Notes under the pieces: model-generated | What the model was told of the DNA's origin: nothing | Databases searched by the model: none | The model's input: the letters and a program-made list of their open reading frames with translations, nothing else | NCBI RefSeq assembly: GCF_000485595.1 | Contig: NW_014577064.1 | Coordinates: 210,071-274,070 of the forward strand | Direction: 5' to 3' | DNA: 64,000 nt | Source of the DNA: Priapulus caudatus | Taxonomy: Eukaryota | Part shown: positions 11,206 to 25,800 of the stretch, piece after piece | How the letters are laid out: each line of letters starts with the position of its first letter | Numbering within the stretch: the first letter of the stretch is position 1 | Made by a program: the position numbers and the translations under genes

Positions 11206-14200
11206 TAGCCGCACAAATGAAGTTTAAGATCGCGAGATCAGATTGATCCGATAATAATAAGTTAGGAGATGCGATGGATAGGGACCACTATGAGAATGCT
11301 CGTGGCTGCCATATAATGAACTACCACGGATAGCAGAGACGGAGGCTCTTTGTTGCATCGAAGGACTTACTGTGTAAATATAACGCGAAATTACGTTACG
11401 TTACGTATATAGTTCGAATTAAATGAAACTATATCGATATAGAGTTGTCTCTCGTTCATTTGTCGGTGATAATTCGTGCTCTGTCTGAATTCCTGAGATT
11501 ATGTCGTAACAACGATGATGCTGTTTGCCATTCTTTGGTCATAGTACAGCATGCGGGCCCTCCAGTTAACGAAATTCATGTCATGTTATAATATATATAA
11601 TATAAGAAGTTCTATATAAATCTTTTATACTAATATTTGTGATGACCCTATTTACTCTGCGAGGATAAAAACGAAAACTCAATCGCCTTATTGTGAGACA
11701 CGGGAAAAACAGTGACATCCTCACGACCCCGTTTTTAAATCCCCCCACTCAAATTTAACGGCGGATTAAATACGTCATCATGGTATGAAAAGAACTGCTA
11801 AGAGCACACGCGATCTCGCCCGCACGTCGACTTCTCCTCAGGCGTTCTTCAGAAAATCTCAGACCCTTCTTCCTTGTTACGTTCTTGTTGTTGTTTGTGA
11901 AATTGATACCCCGGTTGGTGGATATTTGTTGAAATGTTTATTGCTCAGTATGCCTGGTGCTATTATACTATATATAAAGAGTGCCACCTATAATCAAAAG
12001 GTCGCAATATTAAAGATCCTATTCACGAAACGTAGCCAAGTGCAATACGTGTGCATCACTTGTCGCTTGATATTGTGAATATATAGCTTTGTTTCGAATA
12101 TTTCATATTTCTGTTCTCTATGGGATTAATGTATATGTGCGATATCGCATCACGCAGGGTGCAAATTCCCAATTTACGGAATAGTATTTTACGAATCACA
12201 TTCGACAGGACATATTATTACTGTTAGGTTTGGATAGGCTCTAACCACCAAATGGCTTATCGTTCGTGCATGCTGAAATAATGCGCAAATGCGAGTCAAA
12301 GGTTATCCATTTTAGTAGTCACCGCATTTCATGTATGTCGCAACTAAGGTGGGAAATGGTGAACTAAACAATTGAACGCGCACGTCGCTCGAGCTACGGT
12401 CAGTCGACAATTTTGTTTTGTCCGTAAAGGAGAAACATCATGTCGGCATATCGCATGCATTCGTATACGCATCTACTGTCACTACACGTCGAAATAATCC
12501 GTAACGTAATAATCACGTGAAAGATGAAACGGCACACGCCGTGTCCGGAATTTTGTCCACGTGGCACCCACGAGATTTTTACGGGCCAACCGGATCCCCA
12601 TTCAATAGCGGCGCACGAAGTTCGGCTCCGAGAAACCCTACCCGGCACACATCCACCGATTCCGTAGCTCTATCTAAGCGCTTCTGAGGTTCTCGAAAAA
12701 AATGTCAGAAACCTTGTATAGTTGACAACCGGAAGAGTAGACGCGACTAGTGACGTAAGCGCGCATCACGAAGCGTGTTGGTGTAATACATGTTACCGGG
12801 CCACAAAGAACGAACGCCAGCGCAATATCTCCCGGTGTGATATGAGGCAATGGGAATTAACACGCTGTATATAACGTTTTGTCGATTTCATCACGTGTAC
12901 ACCGATATCTAAATGATTTATATCTACCGGTTGCTCGTATAAAAGAGAGCATATAGAGTATAAGGAAGATGCAATCTGCTCAAGATGGAAAATGTGCTGT
13001 ACTGTGAATGCTAAAGTATATCTATTCTAATATAGTTTAAAATGAATTTCCACGTCTGTTATTTTTGAGTGGAAACATCTGTGCGTACAGACAGGGTGCT
13101 TGTGATGAATACTTACGCTGTTGTGTATTTGAATAAAAATTACAGAATTTATATTTTGAAATACATTATTATATTTACGTCTCCTCAGTCATTTCCAAAC
13201 CGCAAGCAGTATTATTATTTTATCGGCTGATATATTTAGATACGCGACGAATACATCAGGCGACAGTTCCTGCGTCTATTGCGTATTTTGTATATACGGT
13301 CAATATGTCTATAATGCCAATAGTACACACATTCCCACCTACAAGCTCATTTCCCACACATAGCCAATCCAACTATAATAGTTAAACGATAACAAAGGTC
13401 TCACTCGATTATATTTAGTAAAATAAATGATAGTGCTATAGTTGTCTTACTTTTACCTCTTTCAAATAACATCCTTATTTGATGTTATTTTTAATAACAT
13501 CCTTATGTTATTATTTATGCATTTGAGTATTACGTAGACAGTAGGTATAATTTACGCGGTTACAGCTAGCTGGACTCATGGAAAATTTGCAGAATATACA
13601 CAAAGACATAATTAGTAATTCCCTGCACAAGGTATCAGCTCAGACGTGTGGATGAAAACTGAAGGAACGCAAGTGTCTTATTCCAGGTTGTTGCACTTTA
13701 TCTGTCGTTTTCTAATGATAACACGGTAGCAATTCACTCACCTGTACTACCGCGAACACATGAGTCACGCGCTCAATGTAGCCACGGGCCAACGCGACCC
13801 ATCCTATTTTCACGAGTAAACGTAATACCACGTAACGCAAACAAGTGACTCGACTTTTTGCGATCCTACGGCGAGGTTTCTATTTGAGTAAAATTAAGAA
13901 ATAATAAGTATGGCGTAGTTGATCTTCAAGACAAGCACGGACCGGCGGGGATTTACCCTGCGCATACATGCTGACATTGTAGCAGACGCGCGCGCTATAC
14001 GTGCAGCGGCCTGGCGAGCGGCGACGACAGGGTAGCACAACCACAGCTCTTTAGCCAGATCGGTGGTTATCGCCTTCGAGCAAACGTAATATAACTTTTA
14101 CGTGAACCCAGGACCCTGTCGGCTTTATACCAGAAAGCGACCATCTTCGCTGCGACGCTTGGCTTACAATCATTGCCTTTATCGAGTGATTGTAAAGTTG

Positions 14201-14403
14201 AGAAGCGTGCCGATAGAAATACTTTCTAGCGTCTCCTTTCTCTTCTCCTAGCGATGAATTGATGTATCGAAATCCGGTGCGCGACTTCGCATCACCCAAA
14301 ATATAAACAAGACGGAAATCTTAAACTTAATTACTGTTGTTTGAATGAAAAAAACTCTGAATGTTGAATGATATCGTTGCGGTGATGGGGACAGGAGGCT
14401 ACC

Positions 14404-14477
<74 letters not shown>

Positions 14478-14884
14478 TCTACGCGTACTATGTTAGCGTA
14501 ACCTTGGTGTAGACGCTACGTGCTTCGTGTCGTTAAACGTCTTTTCTTCTGGAATAAAATGTAAACAAGTGCCGCAGAGCGACAGCGCTCAACTGACGTG
14601 TACTGTAGCCGGGTATTCTTCTGATAAACTCACTGGCAACCGAATAAAGTGCGCCCTCCCGCCACCGCGTTCGCGCTCAGAGCATATATCTAGGATACTA
14701 CTAATATACAAATTTAAAATCTATGATAGGCTTTGCTATACCTACTGGTAGTACAGTAATAAAGATACACCTGTGTAACTTTAATGACTTCACTATATTA
14801 ACATGTTATCATGGATATGCGTCGAGCGCGAGCGTAGTAGTGGTGGTGGTGAGGGGTGGGTAGTGGTGGAAGGGGGAGGGGGCT

Positions 14885-15512
14885 CTAATAGCAAAATTAG
14901 TTCAGTCCTTTGTTAACATTCAACAAATCCGTGTTTACCCCTCCTCTTAAGGGTCAAAAGGTTATCAGACACTTACTCTTTGCACTTCAGCGGAAAGCAC
15001 ATTTCATGGTCCTTTCAATAGTGATAAAAATGGTAGGTCAGCGCTAAAACAAAAAAGTTTTGCACTCGGTCCGTTAGACCATGTCCTCAGAAAATGTCTG
15101 ATATCTGACCTTTCCCCCACTGCCCTTTGACCTGTGACCTCAAATTTCGCGCTGGTGATGGGTTTCCTCCACTGATCTCTATAATACTAGCTTAGTATAG
15201 TAGAGATCAGTGGTTTCCTCCCCATCACACTATACATCGAATATTAAGAGCATAGGTCAAGCCGTTGAGATTTGTGCCGCAATTCTGCATTTCCTCCTAT
15301 ACCTTAGGTTAAGGGGGAAATATTCACCCTCCATTGACACACCTTCACCTTTGACCCTTGACCCCTCTTTGACCATTCGCCCCCCCCGACGTCCAACGTC
15401 GAGCGGTTAAGATTTGTGCCCAACTGTTGACGGACGGACGGACGGACGCACGGGCGGACGGACAATCATGCGATTCTACATGCTGCATCTGATTTCGTCA
15501 GCTGAGCTAAAA
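14885..15512 (-). mobile_element. Helentron-associated (HINE/DINE-like) non-autonomous element fragment
   Basis: The minus strand begins tttttagctc and is followed by a (GTCC)n microsatellite; ttgacct/ttgaccc motifs lie internally. Left boundary uncertain. Confidence 0.5.
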
Positions 15513-16112
15513 ACTCGACACAAGACTTGAATTCCCGTTCATATAAGGTTTGCGTATTTATTCATCAAAAAATCTTATTAACAGTCAATGTACGCGCAGA
15601 CAATTTTTAATAATTAATACAAACCGAGGAGTGTAGCGATGTAGCACCAAATGTACAAGTTTAAATACAATGGATTGAATAACCAATTCATTAATCAATC
15701 AATTAATAAACGACACTCTATCACCTAAATGGGTACATTACCCTGTTCTAATACCATAATAATGCGAAACAAAGCCATGAGTTGAACTATACCGTGTATC
15801 ATTCATTCGTGCCCGAACTAACCAAGCATGTAGCACAGCAATGACCATGCATAGACACAGCGCTGGCCTACATTACGTCATACTGATAGGAAATTAACGC
15901 GAATGTGACAGCGTTAACGAGAGACAGCACAATGTTAATAGCGCGGTGGGCAGGGTCGTTTAGACCACACAGTCAGACACATGGCCGGTGCTCCAGTCCT
16001 AGCAGAGCGTACCTATCGTACTACAAAATCTGAATGCCCGCGCGAGGAAAGGCGTACGCCTACACGCCCCTGCACACGCACGCAAGCACGTACGCACGCG
16101 CGCACACACGCA

Positions 16113-16144
<32 letters not shown>

Positions 16145-17845
16145 CGCGTGTGCAGACACGTGCACGCACACGCGCGCGTATGACCGAGACAGCGGGTGAG
16201 CCGCCAAACCTTTTACTCAGCATAATGCGTAACTTAGTTAACAAAACCTATCACTTAATCAAATAATGTTATCAGCAGCATCAAAATTTAATCATCATGC
16301 TCTAACGGCGTTAACCTAGTAATTTCTTCTGAACCCTCAACGCGCTCTCGAAGTTTGAGAGCTGCCCCCAGCTGTTTTACATGAAGGGCCCAAAAGTTAG
16401 AATTTGTTATTCTTTATACAGATCGGCAAGGCGCTACTGCTACTGTTCATATCTGAGTATCAAAGATGTGTTTTGCCCTCACCGATGCGTCAGGCTCTGC
16501 GGTGAAGGTAGAGGCTTTTCAGTATGGTTGACTAAAAAAACAACATGTAATTGTATTCCATTCCCTGTGACCGAATTTCCTTTCCTCAGGTTGTTTCAAA
16601 TACGAATTATCCCGCAAAGCAGCACTATGTATATTTGATCAACGTTACGCGCATATATAAAATAAAACAATGATTAAACATTCGTTATTTATAAGATTAA
16701 CCAAACTTAAGTCCTTCAATATAATACATGGAAGGTAAATGGCTATAAGTGTGCTTACTTCACCACGAAAGTTACAACACGTTTGTGTTGTAGTAACTAT
16801 TAGTGCAATTGCTGTAATTCGGAACGCCTCTCCGAATACATGCCACCAATACGAAGACATGCACACAAATATATTAAATAAAATTCCATACAATCTTATT
16901 TTATAGTGAGCCAGGGACACATGGATCTGAAAATTAATCGCCCATTACGTAGAAATATGATAGCGATCTTGGATTCATCCCTGGTGAACTTGGCGTAAAC
17001 CAACACAGGAAGGTTACAAGATTATACCTATTTATTCCGACGTGTTAAAATAAATCAATAAATAATCAAAATGAAATTCAACGCGTATGTAAAAGTTCAC
17101 ATAGTCGTAGCACTGTCGTTAGCAATAACAATAGTAAAAGTGCAAGCATTAGCAACGGTAGCAGCTTCAGCACTAGCGGCATCACTAGCAGCTTCGCGCA
17201 TACACAGAGGGGGAATTTAAACACATTGTTACGTTACTACGAAATTAAACTATTGAAAGCACAGAAGATATTCCAACTTGCAATGTATGTTGCTCAATTT
17301 ATCCTACACAGTATACAACTGCAATTAATTTTAGTACAGTAAAACTGACAAAAAGAGGCTCTGGATAGCGAACAGAAATACAAATCGTCGTGTAAAAAAC
17401 AAATACGTCAATTTCAGTTGTTTCAATTTTTGACTTTCAAATCTAAGTGTGTAGTTTCTAGATTTTACAGGAACCAATGAAAATATAGTATCATGACAAT
17501 CAGCCCATTTCATGAATGTTTCCGCTCCCCCATCCCGCTCACCCCACGCTCACTCAGAACGGTAGCGGCGATATTAAAATGCGGGGGGTGGGGTGTTGCC
17601 AGTAATATCGTAAACAGTTGTCGTTATAGGTTTAGACTCACCTAGACGTCAAAGCTTTCGCATATCAGGTGTTGTGCGAATGCTAAGACATTTTAGACTC
17701 ATGGTGACACAATTGTTTACGTTTCTGGCGAGCGACCTCTGAACAATAGAACGCCAAGGTAGATACAACTGCAGTTGACCAAAAGCTAGCTAAAAATACG
17801 CGTAACCATAACAACAACCGGCGCCGCCATCATCATCATCATCAG

Positions 17846-17903
<58 letters not shown>

Positions 17904-18269
17904 TTCAAACAGGACTTTACAATGGATATATCATTTATGTTCTGGGCTCATATAGCATCGAAATTCTAGCGGACATTGCGCATGCTTAGGCCGATTTCTG
18001 CAATCGTTGACAATGCAAAACATACATCGAATCGATCGAGGTTTGATAATGCAACAAGCAGCCCTTCTCGGTTCCTGACCAAGAATGACTAACGATGAAT
18101 TAACACAGGATAGATAAAGGGCCGGTCACAGTTGTCACAACAAGAATCCTGAGTGTGTCACTTCTACAAGTCACACGGTCGAATCACGAGCATTTACCTA
18201 AAATATACTTTATCTGTTTGTATAAGAATTAATAACAGCAACAATTGAAGCACGCTCACGAACTGACTG

Positions 18270-18383
18270 ACACATGCGCACACGCATATTTAACTTCCTC
18301 ACGTTAGTTGACGTGATTATTGCGCGTAGACACACACACGCACGCATGCATGTACGGAAACATAATACACATGCACGTACACA

Positions 18384-18421
<38 letters not shown>

Positions 18422-18639
18422 TGCATGCACGGAAACATAATACACATGCACGTACACACGTACACACGTACACACGTACATACACACACACACACGCACA
18501 CGCATTCATGTACGGAAAAATAATACACCCTACACACGTACACACACACACGCGCGCGCGCACACGCATGCACGGAAACACACACACACACGCGCGCACA
18601 CGCATGCACGGAAACACACACACGCACGTAAGCACACAT

Positions 18640-18698
<59 letters not shown>

Positions 18699-18705
18699 CA
18701 CATAC
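18270..18705. repeat. Complex CA/GCAC microsatellite
   Basis: Directly visible. Confidence 0.9.
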
Positions 18706-19798
18706 TTGCACAAATATTACGACCGGAGCAGTTGATATAATCATATAAAACATTAACCCGCGCGATCTAAACTATCCGCCCACCTGCCACGGTATAGGCG
18801 TATATATATATATAACTAGTACGAGCGATCACAGTATAAGGGAACGGTGCTAGCCAGTTTCCACGCGACTTAGCACTCGACTGGTCCCATTTCACGTTAA
18901 GGGCTTGTCGCGGGAGGTTTATGTGTGGGGCTAACAAGCTGTGCACGATCAACGTCTTCTTTACGACGCCGCCGCCGCGCGTGACTCATGCGACAAGACA
19001 ACAGCGGCCGAACACGCCAGTTTATGGCCTACGCTGCTTCACATGACAGCCGCAATATATCGCCGCAACTATAGCGGTCAACGCTGGATGAGTCACCCCC
19101 TCGCTATTGGTTTCAGCAACCAGCTAGCGTCGTACGGTTTTGGTAACTAGACGAGCGAGGGCGTTTATATGACAACTACTATGAAACACTGCTGTAAGAG
19201 CAGTGATCGTTCTCCGCACAATCGGGTAAAGTATTGGTTCCAAAGTTGTGTCTATTGTCGTACACGTCCAAAGAGGCTGCTCCACACTCGACGAAAATAT
19301 AGCCAACATGTTCACACGTCTCATCTTGCTTTGAGGCAAGTATTCAGAGATCCAGTCAATCAGACCACGAGCAGTACACGCACGTTTGTTCGACATGTAT
19401 GAGATACGGCCAGACCTTAATAGATGCATCTCAATCTTCATAATGTATACTGTTCATACAGAAGCGTAGACTTTGATATAAGCATGCACATCCAACATCC
19501 ATACAAACTCTCTCCCCACCCAAATTCCCGCACACGCAAGCCCGCACGTTCGCACGCACGCATGTACGCACACACAGATGCACATACACACACACGCACA
19601 CACACACGCACACGCACACACACACACGCACGCACGCACGCACGCACGCACAAACGCACGCACGCACGCACAAACACACGCACACGCACGCACGCACACA
19701 CACAGATGCACGTACACAACACATATAATCTATAACAATACTGTACATAATAAACGGCCGAATACAGTTCATATCTAAAGGAGAGTTGTCTAGCATCG

Positions 19799-19874
19799 TT
19801 AGTGTTCCGACGTCGTCTTGTCGGTGTCCTCTGGTTCATCATCAGGTGGTGCTTCCATGGCGTCGTAATCATCG
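19799..19874 (-). CDS. EFCAB14: EFCAB14-like terminal coding exon ([24 protein letters not shown])
   Basis: attttcAG acceptor; acidic open frame ending in TAA. The frame depends on exon 12. Confidence 0.55.
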
Positions 19875-22800
19875 CTGAAAATATCTATAAGAAGAAGTTT
19901 TTCTTAACGCCGATACATACGAAACGCCAGTCATATATAAATAGACCGTTTCCTTAACACCTGGCTTTTAGGGTCCCTTGGAATGTTTTCGATGTTTACT
20001 GCCCCACTGATGTCCCCGACAGGTTTGCGAGCGTTTGTTATGTGCGAGAGCTGGCAGCGAGCCAACTAGCCACCACAGTGCATGTACCGGTGGCAGCATG
20101 GCTTTTCAACCGCGTTAAGTTGTCTTCACAGAGCATCTAAAAGTTCTGGCAATATTGCCTGACTTAACAAAACCAATGCGATTTTGATGGGCAATAAGTG
20201 AGAAAGCTCTGATCATTCAGCACTGGCTCAGAGTGAAACGCTCTGTCACAATGAGATATTAATGAGGGATAACTATAGCAACAGCTAACTACACATCCGA
20301 ATCAATGAAATATTTTACAGTGCTCACGCATCTAAGCTACAGAATGGAATCTGCTCCAACCACTTAAACACGGATTACATCGGCTATAAATGATGATCTC
20401 TACATACAAGCAATCATAAATCCAGCAAGAATAATGTTGTTTTTTCCCTTTTAATACAGCCTACCGATAGCAACTTAACAATATTAATTAAAACAATACA
20501 AAAACAAAGCTGTACAAACTTGATTGGCTGTTTAGTATTCAGCTATTCTGTAATTACCCATTTTATCATGAAAAATTATTGAAATACTTTCTCTGGAAAA
20601 CATTTAGCTATCATTCAACATTCGCTTAATAACAGTTTACATTTAATATTAGCTATAGTCAGAAAAAAGAAGTTCAAATTGCTGTAGATGCAAGCTCGTG
20701 TTACATCCTAACCAATAGACACACGGAGCTCAATGTTCAAGAAATGTACCTTCTGCTCGTAGCAGAGTAGGCATATGATATATATTCAATCACCGTATCT
20801 GAAGTTTCGAGATTAGCTGATTGTACGAGAGTGCATGTGCATGTGAAAGCAACTGCTGCCACCTAGTGTGTGATAAAGAGTAGAACATAAGGAAGACGTG
20901 GGTGGGAAACACCATCTTATGTATAAAATTCCGCTGATGGCGGTATTTTTTATATTACTACGTGCCGCAGCATAATACTGGCCTTCAAATTATTTTGTCA
21001 CGAAATAGTAACTATCTGTCTGTTGGGATCTGTATAAATTCTGTTGTCCTCTTTCACCGACACTCACCTGTCAAGGTGCTAAGAAACGATTGCATTGCAG
21101 TTATATGTGCATCAAGTCTGGTTAGATTATTTCCTTGCACTGCAACATCAGTTTGTAACTTGTTAAGAGCACTTTCAAATACCTGAAATAAACAAAATAA
21201 CAGTTACTATACAATTTCTTGTGCATAAATGATGCGCCGGCCAACTTTTAAAAAATATGAAAGATACAACTTGTAATATTGGTATGCAAGACCACGTATA
21301 GTTTCAGTACTATAGAAATAGCTATCATGCACAAGTTATGATGCAGGATATAAAGAACTACAGGTTAAAATAATTAAAAAGTGAATTTAAATCTGTTTAA
21401 AATAAGCACAATATTTGAGAAATATTTATCACGACATTAAATGCTTGCTATGGGCTATGTATGAGTAACGAGTGTTTGTTCACATCGAACGGAATAGCAA
21501 AATAGGAAGTATAATGTAGCAATTTAATCATAAAAAGTGAACAGAATCACTTACATTTAGTGAAAAAGTGGACATAATTATTTTCACTTTCAGTATTTAC
21601 GGTGACGTATTCACTTTAACAACAACTTAATGGTATATTCGAAATTAGATCCTTGGAGTAGATTAGGCGAAAAAAGTCCATATTTTCTGGCTCAAATCCA
21701 TTATTGACACCAGTGGTTGGAATGACGGGGCAAACGGTTTACAGTTAGACCTCGATTATCCGAACGAGACGGGAGGGGAGTATTTTGTTCGAATAACTGA
21801 TCTGATCGTAAATAATTATTAAACATTCACGGGAACTTGAGATCTTGTTCGGATAATTGATGTTCGAATAACCGAGGTTTGACTGTAGATAAATGAATGA
21901 ATGAATGAATGAACGGAGAATAATGGATAGACTGATGGACCGACAGACAGGTATTAAACAAAAAATAAAACAGAACAGTTAGAAAAGTATTTCATCAAGG
22001 GAAAAACATTGCTTGCACAGCTGATTTTCTGATGACTACAAATGTCAGAATTCAAATAATTTTCTTCCGCTTGGCGTATAAATACAACAGTGAACGACTG
22101 CGCAAAACTCTCACACAAACGAAATAATGTTTGAGAATTACAAATATTACAAAATCATTCAAACTAATGCATTTCTCCTGCAAACAACAGAAAGCTTTTA
22201 CAAAAATTCATCACTAAGCGTTTTAAATTCCCATTCATATTAGAAAATTACGGGCACCGCTCCCGTGTGGAGTTTAATCCTGTCTGATTCAGCTCTCTGG
22301 CATGTTATGAACAGTAACGATTTTCACATAACATTGTACATGATTAAATCATTAAATGTCAACGTTCTCAACCCGACTGACTTTATCACCATTGCTTGCA
22401 CATAATAAATATTCGAATCTGTGTGACATTTTATGAGAGCTATCAGAACGTATGAACCATGTGACATTTTAAAATCCAATCAGAAGCTGAGGCTTGTTGT
22501 CAGAAACAACATTAGTCCTAATATTGAATTTTTCTCATAGACCCGTGACAGAAACATGGTAAAGTTACAAGTTTCACATACGCAGTGTATAGATGTCCGA
22601 TATACAAGTCCAAGATCTATTCTTACAAGATAAAGAAAAGTTGGGACTATTGTTAAGACTAATTTTGTTTCTGGCAACGGGCCCTCGGAATACAACATGA
22701 GTAAACAACACGACGACTTTCATAAAACAGGAGCAACTCTATGATCATTCTCACAACCTTTGACATATATTCTAGATGCAAGATTGCCTATGTAATAGCA

Positions 22801-25800
22801 CCTACATGTGTAATAGAGTAGTCAACAAGCACGAGAATGACCATCTACGACATACCGTGGAATTGAAAAATCTTCATCAAAGTGGCAACAGTGCACACAG
22901 GACATACTAACAACATTTTAGCAACATGGCTGCCGAGGAGTATTGCATCAATATGACCACATTTCTACACCCAGATGTGTAGAGTACGAGAAAAAGCAAT
23001 CACCTACATGTTCTAGTACACAGAAGATAGTGACTCCCACCAACAATGCTTTGTAAATGACAGCACAGCACTTACCGCAAGCTGGTCAGATGTGTCTCTA
23101 GTCACGTTGGCAATGATCTCCTGCACAATTGGTTCTAACTGATCTCTCTTTAGCACACCACTGTTTGACATCTGCCAAGAGAAAGAAATCCTATATCCTA
23201 CATACATACATACATACATACATACATACATACATACCAAGAGTGGATAATAGAGAATGTATGTGTATGAGGATATAGTATAGGAATATGTATGTATGTA
23301 ATGTGTCTCTATTATCCACTCTTGATACATACATACATACATACATACATACATACATACATACGTACGTACACACACACACATGCTTGCATGCAGGCAC
23401 AATAAAACTAAAACTATAAAATGATTCGTGTCGATCAGAATGTACGCATGAATGAATTGAGATGATGCAGCTGAAAATCACGTCTTTCACTGTTAACCTT
23501 TCCTACCTTCAGTTAACAACAAATAACTGCGTATATTAACATATAATATAGTAACAGTTGATACATAAATAGAAATAGCACAGAATTTAAACATTACAAA
23601 AATTTACTACTATTATAAACCAACTGTGACAACTTCTTAGGGAGCTTCTGGATAATGAAAAAAAATCCTAATGGCCAATTGCACAGTCATTCGTTTACTT
23701 AGCAGTACATGAGACATATAAGTGCAAAATAACCCAGCGGGACAGAGACGTGCAAGGCTTCCGTTACTGACAGCAAGCCACGTAACTGATGGCATATAAT
23801 GCACTAATGCACGAAGAATCATGCTAATGTAACTGGCTCATAGATCAACAGTTAAGTGTTTTGCTCTAGATATATATACCTGTTGCTTAAATAAAGAAAC
23901 CTCGTCTGTGATATTCCCAATGTCATCTAGCAACTGTAGGACGAATTCTGAATCCTGTATTCGAGGCCAAAGAAAATTCACAAAGGCACCAATACTGATT
24001 ATTCACTTCACAGCACACAAATATTTGATAAAGCCTGCATTTATTCAACTCTAATAATATATTCAAGCAGCAAAAAACGAGCAGTCAGATATTATATTCT
24101 TTCTGCCTTTGAAAGTATCGATTTAAAATTACAAAATTACATTACTTCACAAAACCACCATCGACTTAAATCACATCTGGCTCAAAATTAAAAAAAGAGT
24201 ACATACCTCCTTATGTTGAGCATCTGAATTATTGGCAGCTGCCATGAGAATGGAAATTTGAGGCTTTAATTCACCGATATCTGATGATAGTTGCTGAAGG
24301 TTCACCTGCCAAACAAAGCTAGAGAAATCAATGACTAGTTCATGCATGCATGCATTCAACAGCATACAATAACGAAAATTAACTACCAATGTGAAATTGT
24401 GAAGTAAAATCTCATGCGCTATTTTAGGGCTAATCAAATATATAGTAGACGTTTGATGACAAGTAACTTCTAAAAAAATATGCAGAAAGTATCACTATGT
24501 TTAAAGAAATGTTTATAAAATATATACTTCTAGATATAAAGATTAAAATTCACACGGATTCAGATAAATAAACAATTGTCCTAAATGCCAACTAATTAGG
24601 CTGTAATGCATGCAACTGGATAAATTTGCAATCAAATCAGCTCAGCCGATAAGTATTCTGCACATACAAGATGCAAGCAGACTATATACCCTTTTCATTG
24701 TTACTTTCCCAATACCGAAAGAAATATGGACCATGGGTGATACAGCAGTTGAACAACAGTGAGGATGGGAAACTTGTGCAAAAGATATCCATATTCATTT
24801 TCTAGAATTCAGTTTCATAATACCTTATTTAGACCGATGTCTCCTCCCATCTCCCCAATTTGTCCCCATAGTGTAGTATTCATACTCATTAGCTCTCTCT
24901 CAACGATTGACAAATTCTGCAAGTAAGAAAAATTTGATTGAAAGTTTTAACAGTTAGATAATAGATAAATATACGGAAGTAGTAAGTTGTATTGCTCATA
25001 TTGTTATATGTGTCTATAAATATTACACAAACATATACATACACATGTGTGCATATATATATATATATCAGGAGCGTATAATGACAAAATTTGTCAATGA
25101 CAAAAATTTGTCATTATACGCTCCTGATATATATTATATATATATATATAAATGGCTCACAAGCTACATCAATGCCTCGATCAGTATTGCAGTACATTTA
25201 TACTGTATATTGCAGCATGAACTATAATTATGTTAAAATGTGGAAAGCACTGCACAGAATTACCAGATTTAACATCTCAGTTAATAACTCTAGCTCTTCT
25301 CCTGAATAGCCGCGGGGGAGAGCTGGTGTGAGTGGCTTGCTTTCACTATTGTAGTAACTGCTATTGAGCCTCTCTAATTGACTCTGCAAAAAGCAAATAA
25401 GTTTGTTTCAGGGGAATAAATAATGACAATTCCCACAGACAGGTAATGTTAAGCTAGCCTTCAGTGGACGATTTGGTCTTTGTTCTTTATCAAAACAATG
25501 CAAACTCTTATTTAAATATTATAGAGGTGCATGCATTGTAAGTGAAACAGACCTCGATTTCACCTACGTGTATATATTTATTCTGCCATATATGCTGCCA
25601 AACTGTCATCATGCTGCGTTTTGTTAAAGTGCACGCTGATTCCCCACTACGACGTCAGAAAGCTACGGCCGTGATTACTAATGGTACGTGAATGCTAAAC
25701 TAATGCTACTGGAACAGAATCTCTCACGGTTATTAGGTTGAATCTGGTCTCAACATCCGACTTGAGCTGTGCAGAGTTCTTCACTGCATCTTGAAGTTCC